Assembly (NCBI GenBank): GCA_051745145.1
Contig: JBNJDT010000047.1
Location: forward strand, 1 to 11,332
Direction: 5' to 3'
DNA: 11,332 nucleotides
Source: Elusimicrobiota bacterium
GTDB taxonomy: Bacteria; CG03; SLGR01; JAGXOG01
Shown: piece after piece, positions 1 to 7,377 of the stretch
How the letters are laid out: the number at the start of each line of letters is the position of its first letter
Numbering within the stretch: position 1 is the first letter of the stretch
Translations under genes and position numbers: made by a program
The notes under the pieces: generated by a model
What the model was told of the DNA's origin: nothing
Databases searched by the model: none
What the model saw: only the letters and a program-made list of their open reading frames with translations

Positions 1-1
1 T

Positions 2-403
2 TTTTTCTTCCAGTAAACTTCCGATTGTTATATTTTTAAACTCTCCGGCTACCATTTTTTCAATTTCTGTAATATGATTTCTGATTACACATTTTGACCT
101 GTTGGGACATATATCATCTTTAAACATACATTTAGATAATTTTATATCCCCCTGCAGGGTCTCAATAACATCTATTACTTTAATCTTATCCGGTTGCCGC
201 ATGAGTTTCACTCCCCCCCGCGGACCCTCCCGGGTTTTTACAAATTCCGCCTCTTTTAATTTATTTAAAATTCTTCTTATAAACTGATAGGGAATATTTT
301 CTTCCCGGGAAATATCCCGGGCGCTTTTGTAGGCTTCCTTTTCAGAAGCCATACACATCAGGGCTCTCACTGCATAATCTGTTTCTTTTGTAAGTAACTG
401 CAT
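2..403 (-). CDS. Rrf2-family (IscR/NsrR-like) Fe-S transcriptional regulator, 3' end truncated by the window edge; not in the supplied ORF track
   Basis: Manual translation from the ATG at 403 gives MQLLTKETDYAVRALMCMASEKEAYKSARDISREENIPYQFIRRILNKLKEAEFVKTREGPRGGVKLMRQPDKIKVIDVIETLQGDIKLSKCMFKDDICPNRSKCVIRNHITEIEKMVAGEFKNITIGSLLEEK. It carries the Rrf2 hallmarks: TDYAVRAL N-terminal helix, GxxGG wing, C-x6-C-x5-C cluster motif and C-terminal TI-x-x-L. There is no stop before position 1. Confidence 0.93.
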   Translation of the reverse strand, partial: MQLLTKETDYAVRALMCMASEKEAYKSARDISREENIPYQFIRRILNKLKEAEFVKTREGPRGGVKLMRQPDKIKVIDVIETLQGDIKLSKCMFKDDICPNRSKCVIRNHITEIEKMVAGEFKNITIGSLLEEK

Positions 404-406
404 ATC

Positions 407-425
407 TGATACTATCTTAGTATCA
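407..425. promoter_or_regulatory. Perfect 8-3-8 inverted repeat TGATACTA-tct-TAGTATCA; probable autoregulatory Rrf2 operator
   Basis: 407-414 (tgatacta) is the exact reverse complement of 418-425 (tagtatca). It lies 3 bp from the rrf2 ATG and covers the predicted -10 element. An 8-3-8 inverted repeat is the architecture described for Rrf2-family sites. Confidence 0.75.
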
Positions 426-442
426 TTTACCGGATTTGTCAA
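414..442 (-). promoter_or_regulatory. Sigma70-type promoter for rrf2: TTGACA-N17-TAAGAT
   Basis: Minus-strand TTGACA at 442-437, a spacer of exactly 17 nt, and TAAGAT at 419-414. The predicted start site (~407) is only a few nt before the ATG at 403. Confidence 0.75.
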
Positions 443-454
443 CCCCATCAATTT

Positions 455-778
455 TTATTTTTTCATTTCTTTAGGGTGCGGGGTTTTAATTACCAGAAAA
501 GTTGCTTTTTTGTCTCCTTTGTTTTTTATTCTCATCGGGGTCTTAAAATCTACGGGGATAAGCGAGCCCGTTGAATATTCTTTATCTTTTCCTTCAAAAT
601 CCGCAGTAATAGCTCCTTCAAGTACCAGGATATGAACATTGGAATTGGCTTTATGTTCGGGTACCTTTTGCCCCGGTTTTAAAGCCAGCTGCATTATCTG
701 GGCTTCATCGGTATCGGCCACAACTCTGTTTCCCATCTTATCTTTCCTGTAAGGTATTTCTTTAAGTACGTTTATCAT
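455..778 (-). CDS. Single-domain cupin (Cupin_2-like) protein
   Basis: 107 aa with LKPGQKVPEH...ILVLEG (cupin motif 1) and GSLIPV...PMRIKN (degenerate motif 2). A strong AAGGAGG Shine-Dalgarno lies upstream of the ATG. Confidence 0.85.
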   Translation of the reverse strand: MINVLKEIPYRKDKMGNRVVADTDEAQIMQLALKPGQKVPEHKANSNVHILVLEGAITADFEGKDKEYSTGSLIPVDFKTPMRIKNKGDKKATFLVIKTPHPKEMKK

Positions 779-799
779 TTTTCTTTCCTCCTTTATTCT

Positions 800-2059
800 T
801 TAAAAACTGTATTTGAATTTTGTGTAAACCATATCGTTCTCGTCATACTCTCCGAATTTTCCCTCGTTGCCGCCGAATATGTCGGCGCCGGCTATAATTT
901 CGTATCCGTCTTCAAATTCGTAGTTTAGTTTGGGACGCAAAAGAAAATCCTCGGTATTCACTCCGTAATAGACAAAAAATTCTGCCAGCAGCTTATTATT
1001 TAAAAAATCCCGGTTTACCATAAAAGTAGCCGTATCCGTAAACTCATCGTCTTTAATATGATCATTATAATCCACAATATACTCCTGTATGTACTGAAAG
1101 TTCACATCGTAATCGCCCAGTTTTTTACTTACTCCGGCCATATAATGGAGATAATCCTTTTCTGTTACACTGTCTGTATCCTGTGGATCTTCAGTTGAAA
1201 AATAGTCGCCGCTGTAATACGCTCCTTCTGCGGTCAAAACATATCCGCTGATGTCCGAGCTTAAACTTCCGCCGTAAACATCCAGGCGGTGATGCTCGGG
1301 AGTAACTGTAATATCACTAATTTTACCTGTAGACGGATTTTTTGTCTTTTCTACATGCAGGGTAGGAGAATCCTCCCACATGTATCCCCCGATAAGCTCC
1401 ATATCCAGAATCTGACCTAAGGATGCAAACCGGGCGAAAACTTCGCTGTTTTCCAGATTGTTTTCAATATCTTTTTTTGAATAGTCATAATCCGGCTCCA
1501 CGGGAAAAGTTTGCGTCTTCCGGTACCATATAGAATCCTCCGCGGGCGCACGGTTTGAAGTAAAATCCGGTATCCAGACCATCTCCAGGACTTTATTTCC
1601 TCTGTAGTAGTCGGCTTTAACCGAAGTTACTCCGATGCGGACTTCTTCAAAATCAGGCAGGATAAATTCAGAATAATCTTTCGGCGAGACAATGTCGGTA
1701 ACAAAAACCCCGTTAGCCTTGCCCCAGATTATCTGCTGTTTTCCTATCCTTAAATCCACGGGACCGGCGTATAGATCCATATACGCCTGCCGAAGACCGA
1801 AATCCGGTTCTCCACCGCCATCAGCAGGATACTGATATACGTATGGCTGCACTCTGAGACTGACATCCCCCCGGGACTGCTGGATATCCAGTTCAAAAGT
1901 ATTCTGGATAATCGAATAATCGGAAGTTTCGGTCAACACCCCCGTATAATTTCTCAGGTATCCTCCAAAATAAGGCTGTTCGGCCGCCGGGGCCGGCTTA
2001 ATAAATATAACAACCGCAAAACTGCCCATTACCAGATATCTAAAAATTTTACTTATCAT
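800..2059 (-). CDS. Outer-membrane beta-barrel protein, DUF1302-like
   Basis: Signal peptide (…KPAPA/AE), the family-typical LRQAYMDLY…LRIGKQQIIWGKANG…TDIVSPKD segment, amphipathic strands and a C-terminal beta-signal YTKFKYSF. It overlaps the upstream gene by 4 bp (ATGA). Confidence 0.8.
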   Translation of the reverse strand: MISKIFRYLVMGSFAVVIFIKPAPAAEQPYFGGYLRNYTGVLTETSDYSIIQNTFELDIQQSRGDVSLRVQPYVYQYPADGGGEPDFGLRQAYMDLYAGPVDLRIGKQQIIWGKANGVFVTDIVSPKDYSEFILPDFEEVRIGVTSVKADYYRGNKVLEMVWIPDFTSNRAPAEDSIWYRKTQTFPVEPDYDYSKKDIENNLENSEVFARFASLGQILDMELIGGYMWEDSPTLHVEKTKNPSTGKISDITVTPEHHRLDVYGGSLSSDISGYVLTAEGAYYSGDYFSTEDPQDTDSVTEKDYLHYMAGVSKKLGDYDVNFQYIQEYIVDYNDHIKDDEFTDTATFMVNRDFLNNKLLAEFFVYYGVNTEDFLLRPKLNYEFEDGYEIIAGADIFGGNEGKFGEYDENDMVYTKFKYSF

Positions 2060-2874
2060 AACCCCCTCCTCATCATTCTTTCGGTAAACTGGTTATCTGA
2101 AACTCCTGTATCAATTTCCACATCTTCAAACTCCATTTCCGTCTTGTGGTCTTTCTGAATATTTTCCATTACGGTATTGGTGATTATCAGGTAATCGTCT
2201 ATTTCCTCATAATTTTTAACATTCAGTATTTTCAAAAGTTCACCGTCTTCGTCGTAAAACTCTTTCTTCTGGCCTATCCATTTGTCTTTTACAACCCAGG
2301 TGACCGTCTTTGAATACATGTACCCATCTTCTTTAGGGGTGCTTTTTACTACATAATACTGTACCCCGTCTTTTTCTTCTGTCCTGAGAAGCTCATGGGT
2401 ATCTTCATCGGGGTGCCGATCTCCTAAATCGTCGTAGGTAAAATCCGAACCCATAAAATAATCGTCGCTGGAATCGCTGGAGATTCTTTTTACCCGCTTG
2501 AGGGCAGGCAGGTAAATCCACTGGTCATCGTCTTTTTCGGGATCGTCGTAGCTCCAGTTCATAAAAGAAGTGTTGCGGACATCGGCCGGGGAAATGAAAA
2601 ACATTATCTTTTTCTCGCTGTCCCCGTAATCTTTATAATACTGTTTTATCTCCCTGACTCTTGTATCTCCCCTGGAATTTATTAGAGTCATGGTCAGGTC
2701 AGCAATCTGGTCTTCACCCGTGGGCCTGTTGTACACTTTTTCTATAATTTCCCGTCCGGTTAAATTTTCGGCTTTCTCCTCTTTCGAAGAATCTTTTTCT
2801 TCGGCTTTAACCGGCCAGCTGCATAATACCCCAAAACTGAATATAATTACCCCTATTTTCTTAAAATTTCTCAT
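2056..2874 (-). CDS. LolA-like periplasmic 'outer membrane lipoprotein-sorting protein' (LolA_like/DUF1329-related)
   Basis: Signal peptide (…PVKA/EE) and the signature FISPADVRNTSF…DDDQWIYLPALKRVKRIS…FMGSDFTYDDL. It overlaps the MMPL gene by 14 bp. Confidence 0.9.
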   Translation of the reverse strand: MRNFKKIGVIIFSFGVLCSWPVKAEEKDSSKEEKAENLTGREIIEKVYNRPTGEDQIADLTMTLINSRGDTRVREIKQYYKDYGDSEKKIMFFISPADVRNTSFMNWSYDDPEKDDDQWIYLPALKRVKRISSDSSDDYFMGSDFTYDDLGDRHPDEDTHELLRTEEKDGVQYYVVKSTPKEDGYMYSKTVTWVVKDKWIGQKKEFYDEDGELLKILNVKNYEEIDDYLIITNTVMENIQKDHKTEMEFEDVEIDTGVSDNQFTERMMRRGL

Positions 2875-5194
2875 TTTTCTCCTCCTTTTTTTCTTTATTT
2901 ACTTTTTTCTTATCTTCTAAAAAAACATCCGCAGTATACAAAAGAACCATCATTACCGTCAGCGTCCCCAGGAAACTGGTAAACATATTTAAAGATACCA
3001 GGGCACCCAGCTGCCGGTTAGGGGGAAATACCGAAGCCAGTAAGACCAAAAATCCGGCTATCACCACAATAGCGTTAAAAGTAATAGCTTTACCCGAATG
3101 AACCATGGTCTTTTTCGCCGACAGAAGTTTGTCATTTGTTTCGTTAAGGTAAATCTTGTATTTTTCCAGAAAATGGACCGCGTAATCTATTCCTATACCT
3201 ATAGCGATACTGGAGAGTAAAGCCGTGGTCGTACTTAAGGGAATATTAAGAAGTCCCATGACCCCAAAACTTATAAACGCGGTAATAGTTATGGGCACCG
3301 CTCCTATTAACCCTGCCCTGAAATTTTTAAACATATAGGATAAAAGCAAGACTACTACGACCAGGGATATAATAAGACTTGAAATCTGACCTTTTAATAT
3401 GAGATCAGTGAAAACCAGTGCTTTATAGCCGGAGCCGGCGTAATTTATATCTATCCCGTCTTTTTTAAGAGTGGCTTCGTGTTCTTCCACGGCGGCAATC
3501 GCCTTATTTAAAATCCTGGAATTATCGCTTTTCAGCTGAAATGTTAAATTAAGTTTTTTATAGTCATAGTCAACAACCTGCCATAGATTATCCGGATCAC
3601 CGGACATCTCGTAAAGCAGAAGATACTGGGCCACAAGATTATGAGATCCGGGTATCTTATTGTACTCCTCCTTATCGGCATGCATTACCTTATTCATTCT
3701 TTTTAAGTAATCGGTAATACCAAAAGAATTTCCCACCAGCTCTATTTCTTCCTGAACGTCATTTTGAAGAGCTAATACCCTGTCTAAAACCTCCGGATCT
3801 TTAAATTTATTCTTGTCCTGGGCCTGGAGTACGACATTCAATTTGGAAGTTCCCCCGAAATGTTTATTGATGAATCTGTCGGACCGGACTATCCGGCTGT
3901 CATCCTCGAATTTAGAGAGAAAACTGGAATCTATCCACATCCTGGTTATTCCGTAAATAGATCCGCCTATTATAAGGAGAGCGGCTATTATGATTTTCTT
4001 TCTATTCTTGAGAATATATTCCGTGGAATTAAAGAATATTCCTTTTTCTTCTGTATCTTTCTCTTTTTGCCTCTTTTTCCAGCCCGGCAGACCGAAAACT
4101 TTAAGTCCGGCCGGGATAAGGGAGAGAGAAAAGACCATGGCCATCATAACTCCAAAAGCGGTAAAAAGTCCGAAATACTTTACCGGGTACACCTGGGATG
4201 TTAAAAGAGATATAAAACCCACCGCCGTTGTAACAGAAGTCATAATTACCGGGGCACCCATGGTGGAGCACATCTCTTTTATAGCTTTTATTTTTTCTAT
4301 TCCCGGGTTATTATTCATATAAAGGTGCAGGTGACTGTAAAGATGTATACCGTCGGCCACGCCTATGGCTATAAGCATTACCGGAATCATGGTGGATACC
4401 GCATAGATGGGCACCTTAAAGACAGCCATCAGCCCGAAAGCCCAGATTGTACTGAATAAAACGACCAGCAGGGTAAAGACCGTACCTTTAACGCTGCGCA
4501 GGGTAAGCCATAAGACAAGGATTATCACTCCTATTACTATGGGGACCATCCGTTTCATATCCCGGGGTCCCAGATAAGCCATAGTCCCCTCTACCACCGG
4601 CCGACCGGCAACGTAAAGGTTCTCCGGTCCCTCGTAGCTATCGGCTAATTCCAGAAGGCGGTGATAAAACTCCTGGGAGAAAACGTCATCTCCGATCTCG
4701 GCTATAATCAAAGTCACCTGTTCATTACCGGCAAGTATCCGGCCCTGGACCATCTCGTTATTTTTTACATTTTCATTTATCTTTTCCAGCTTTTCTTCTG
4801 ATTCAGGGATTTTATCGTAAAAAGATTTGACTTCAAGCCCCATTTCCGTACCGATAATATTTTCCGCGGTATACAGGGAAGTTACGTCGTCCTTTTGAAT
4901 CTCTTCCATCTTCTGAAGATCTTTGGTAATATCTTTTATCTTTTTCAGAGTTCCGGAATTATAAATTCCGTCCTTATTTTCCACGGCAAAAATAATGCCG
5001 TCCTTAATATTAAACCACTCTTCGGCTTTATCGCTGTATACAAAAGCGGGATGTTCCTGAGGCATATATTTATCCAGGTCCGTCTCCATCCTGGTATTTT
5101 TCTTGATGGCATACATAAATAACCCGGTTACTACCAGAATCATAACCAGTACCGTTTTTGAATATTTAATTGCTTTATCTGTTAAAAATTTCAT
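2861..5194 (-). CDS. MMPL/RND-superfamily inner-membrane transporter
   Basis: 777 aa with two repeats of (1 TM, periplasmic domain, 5 TM). TM4 reads IAIGVADGIH and TM10 reads IGIGIDYAVH. Further motifs are TSVTTAVGF and GKAITFNA…AGFLVL. Confidence 0.93.
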   Translation of the reverse strand: MKFLTDKAIKYSKTVLVMILVVTGLFMYAIKKNTRMETDLDKYMPQEHPAFVYSDKAEEWFNIKDGIIFAVENKDGIYNSGTLKKIKDITKDLQKMEEIQKDDVTSLYTAENIIGTEMGLEVKSFYDKIPESEEKLEKINENVKNNEMVQGRILAGNEQVTLIIAEIGDDVFSQEFYHRLLELADSYEGPENLYVAGRPVVEGTMAYLGPRDMKRMVPIVIGVIILVLWLTLRSVKGTVFTLLVVLFSTIWAFGLMAVFKVPIYAVSTMIPVMLIAIGVADGIHLYSHLHLYMNNNPGIEKIKAIKEMCSTMGAPVIMTSVTTAVGFISLLTSQVYPVKYFGLFTAFGVMMAMVFSLSLIPAGLKVFGLPGWKKRQKEKDTEEKGIFFNSTEYILKNRKKIIIAALLIIGGSIYGITRMWIDSSFLSKFEDDSRIVRSDRFINKHFGGTSKLNVVLQAQDKNKFKDPEVLDRVLALQNDVQEEIELVGNSFGITDYLKRMNKVMHADKEEYNKIPGSHNLVAQYLLLYEMSGDPDNLWQVVDYDYKKLNLTFQLKSDNSRILNKAIAAVEEHEATLKKDGIDINYAGSGYKALVFTDLILKGQISSLIISLVVVVLLLSYMFKNFRAGLIGAVPITITAFISFGVMGLLNIPLSTTTALLSSIAIGIGIDYAVHFLEKYKIYLNETNDKLLSAKKTMVHSGKAITFNAIVVIAGFLVLLASVFPPNRQLGALVSLNMFTSFLGTLTVMMVLLYTADVFLEDKKKVNKEKKEEKNEKF

Positions 5195-5214
5195 GTTTGT
5201 TATTATTAACTAAC
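5193..5214. promoter_or_regulatory. Putative TetR operator, copy 2 (atgtttgttattattaactaac), abutting the MMPL start codon
   Basis: 19/22 identity to 5822-5843, same orientation, with a dyad core GTTA-N8-TAAC. Confidence 0.65.
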
Positions 5215-5235
5215 CCCTTCTATTAAAAATTTTTT

Positions 5236-5820
5236 TTATTCCCCTATAGCTTTTAATAAATTATTACAGAGAATATCCCCTCGCTTAACCAGGTTAAAAC
5301 TGTGTCCTGAAAGTTTCCACTTTTTTACCAGAAGTCTAAGAGGACCCATTATTAAAAGCACCATCTGCTCGGGGGGGATATTTCCTTTTATCTCCCCCTT
5401 TTTTTCTGCATCTTTTATTATATCTAATATATTTTTCTGGTTTTTCTGCATAATTTTATACACTCTTTCAGAGAGGCTTTTGTCATCCCTGAAAATATCT
5501 TCCGAAAACAGTACTGCGGCCATATAGGGTTTCTCCATAAAATTTTTAAGGTGAAATTTGTAGAATTCTTTAATTTTTTCCACATTGCTTTTTTCAGAGG
5601 TCTGGAGTTTATCGAACAATTTGTTCATATTATTTTCAAACTTATCCATGATCCCCAGTAAGATATCCAGTTTACTGTCAAAATGCCTGTATATAGCCGG
5701 TTCGGTTACACCTATCTCCTCCCCTATATTGTTCATAGTAAGTTCCTGAATACCGCCATCGCCTATCAGCTTCATGGCCGCCTCTATTATTTGATTTTGT
5801 CTTTTAGTAAATTTTTCCAT
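5236..5820 (-). CDS. TetR/AcrR-family transcriptional regulator
   Basis: N-terminal HTH RQNQIIEAAMKLI…GIQELTMNNIGEEIGVTEPAIYRHFDSK, 194 aa, directly upstream of the RND gene. Confidence 0.95.
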   Translation of the reverse strand: MEKFTKRQNQIIEAAMKLIGDGGIQELTMNNIGEEIGVTEPAIYRHFDSKLDILLGIMDKFENNMNKLFDKLQTSEKSNVEKIKEFYKFHLKNFMEKPYMAAVLFSEDIFRDDKSLSERVYKIMQKNQKNILDIIKDAEKKGEIKGNIPPEQMVLLIMGPLRLLVKKWKLSGHSFNLVKRGDILCNNLLKAIGE

Positions 5821-5821
5821 A

Positions 5822-5843
5822 ATGTTTGTTATAGTTCACTAAC
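5822..5843. promoter_or_regulatory. Putative TetR operator, copy 1 (atgtttgttatagttcactaac), overlapping the predicted transcription start
   Basis: It lies between the -10 element (5849-5844) and the tetR ATG, has the dyad TGTTA-N8-TAACA, and is repeated at 5193-5214. Confidence 0.7.
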
Positions 5844-5872
5844 ATAATAGCAGAATTTTCTTGCGGTGTCAA
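5844..5872 (-). promoter_or_regulatory. Sigma70-type promoter of the tetR-MMPL operon: TTGACA-N17-TATTAT with extended -10 (TGc)
   Basis: Minus-strand TTGACA at 5872-5867, a 17-nt spacer, TATTAT at 5849-5844, preceded by TGC. Confidence 0.8.
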
Positions 5873-5901
5873 ATATATATTTTTGGAAATTAATTTTTTA
5901 T

Positions 5902-6522
5902 TTACAGTTTGGTAAATGAGCAAACCACGAACCCCCCTTTACCATAGCCTTTTTCGGGTTTTTGAATACTTTTTATATTAGACGGATAATCAAAAACAGT
6001 CTGGTAAATGTCGGATTGTTCAAAATTACAGGACTTTAATAAACCAATTACCTCTTTTACTGAAAATAGATTTATATCTTTGTAAAACGGGCTGTCCTGT
6101 TTCATGTAAAATTCTCCCAGGAAACTGTTTTTATCTAATATCCCTATAATGCAGGTGCCCCCTTCTTTTAAGACCCTGCCTGTTTCTTTTACAATAGCTT
6201 CGGGGTTTTTAGCAAAACAGAGCGTATTTATTATCAACACATAGTCAAATTCCGAGTTTTTATAAGGCAGATTTTCTCCGTAGCCCTTTACAGCTTTAAT
6301 ATCTCTTTTTTTAGCTATAGCTATCATCTTCTTTGAAGGATCTATTCCGTGTTTTATACCTAAGGCGGAAGCGAACCTGCCGGTTCCCACGCCGATCTCC
6401 AACCCTTTGCCGCCGGCAGGAAATACTTTTTTTATAGCTTTAATTTCCGAAAGATAAGCAGGCCTGTTTTTTTCATACCATTTATCGTATTCCTTCCAGT
6501 ACCTGTTAAATAAATTTTTCAT
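5902..6522 (-). CDS. Class I SAM-dependent methyltransferase (Methyltransf_11; resembles Thermotoga TM1293)
   Basis: Motif I GLEIGVGTGRFA, GIDPSKKM, GENLPY…FDYV, TLCF…RVLKEGG and C-terminal GYGKGGFVV. The resemblance to TM1293 is from memory. The substrate is unknown. Confidence 0.9.
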   Translation of the reverse strand: MKNLFNRYWKEYDKWYEKNRPAYLSEIKAIKKVFPAGGKGLEIGVGTGRFASALGIKHGIDPSKKMIAIAKKRDIKAVKGYGENLPYKNSEFDYVLIINTLCFAKNPEAIVKETGRVLKEGGTCIIGILDKNSFLGEFYMKQDSPFYKDINLFSVKEVIGLLKSCNFEQSDIYQTVFDYPSNIKSIQKPEKGYGKGGFVVCSFTKL

Positions 6523-6530
6523 AATCCAGT

Positions 6531-6833
6531 TTAGAACAGGTCTTTGTAAAACCGGTCAAAATGTCTTTTGTAGGCTCCGTCCGGGGAATTTTCTTTAAAA
6601 TCTTTCTCTTTAAAAGATATTTTATAAGAGAAACCGTAATCCCGGAGAATCTTGTACGCCTCATTAATTTCCTGAAATTTTTCTTTACATTCCTCCTTGC
6701 GTTCTTCCTCGCACCTGTCGGGATGGTATTTCAAAGAAAGTTTTTTAAACTTTTTCTTTATTTCTTCAAGAGACGCCCTCTTTGACAATCCCAGTTTCTT
6801 TCTTGCGTTATCTAACTGCTTATATTTTATCAT
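6531..6833 (-). CDS. Small class C J-domain (DnaJ-domain) co-chaperone
   Basis: ARKKLGL…[20 protein letters not shown]…[12 protein letters not shown] has an intact HPD motif and is followed by a ~35-aa tail. Confidence 0.9.
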   Translation of the reverse strand: MIKYKQLDNARKKLGLSKRASLEEIKKKFKKLSLKYHPDRCEEERKEECKEKFQEINEAYKILRDYGFSYKISFKEKDFKENSPDGAYKRHFDRFYKDLF

Positions 6834-6873
6834 TTTATACTTCCTTTAGTTTTTAATCTTAATTTTTATTATA

Positions 6874-7374
6874 TTATATATTCTGGATTAAAGAAGCTAT
6901 TTCAGTAATATCTCTCTGGCATTTTATTATTTTATATTTAAATCCGTAATTTTCCAATTCCCGTTTATAACGTCCAAAAAGTTTTTCTCTCATTTCAGGG
7001 TTTTCCCGCACCGGGTCTTCCTCCCAGGGTAAATCGGGTCTGCAAAGCAGATAAAAATCATAAGGCTCCCGTTTAAGCCGGCCCAGTACCCACGGGTGAC
7101 ACTCACCGTATTTTACTTCATACCAGACTTTCATCATAATAAGATCCGTATCGCAGAATAAAAATTCCTCAGCAAGTTTTGCCTTTCTATCTTCCAAATC
7201 CACCATGCCTTTACTGATAGAAAGCAGATCTGATTTTTGGTAATCCGGACCGTTTTCTTCTAAATATTTTCGGCCGTACTCGGGGGCAAATGGTTCTTCA
7301 AAATAATCAGCCAGCCTTCGGGTTAAAGTGCTTTTTCCGGAACTTTCGGGCCCGATGACGGCAATTTTCTTCAT
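6874..7374 (-). CDS. Stand-alone NadR-type (AAA_28) P-loop kinase, putative ribosylnicotinamide kinase
   Basis: Walker A GPESSGKST, PEYGRKY, Walker B LFCDTD and YLLCRPDLPWEEDPVR match the C-terminal kinase domain of NadR. There is no HTH or nucleotidyltransferase domain. Confidence 0.85.
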   Translation of the reverse strand: MKKIAVIGPESSGKSTLTRRLADYFEEPFAPEYGRKYLEENGPDYQKSDLLSISKGMVDLEDRKAKLAEEFLFCDTDLIMMKVWYEVKYGECHPWVLGRLKREPYDFYLLCRPDLPWEEDPVRENPEMREKLFGRYKRELENYGFKYKIIKCQRDITEIASLIQNI

Positions 7375-7377
7375 CCG

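Noticed and set aside
102..287. 61-aa plus-strand ORF from the track
   Set aside because: It is the antisense shadow of the Rrf2 gene (2-403, minus), which has clear family motifs.
302..321. ttcccgggaa palindrome / tcccggg direct repeat
   Set aside because: It lies within the Rrf2 coding sequence and is explained by codons and the general CCGG excess.
2810..2874. Lipoprotein signal in the LolA-like protein (Cys18)
   Set aside because: GVLC is a poor lipobox. A signal peptidase I site (VKA/EE) fits better.
2690..5122. Plus-strand ORFs 2690-2920, 3860-4204, 3990-4322 and 4895-5122
   Set aside because: They are antisense to the well-supported LolA-like and MMPL genes and have no recognisable motifs.
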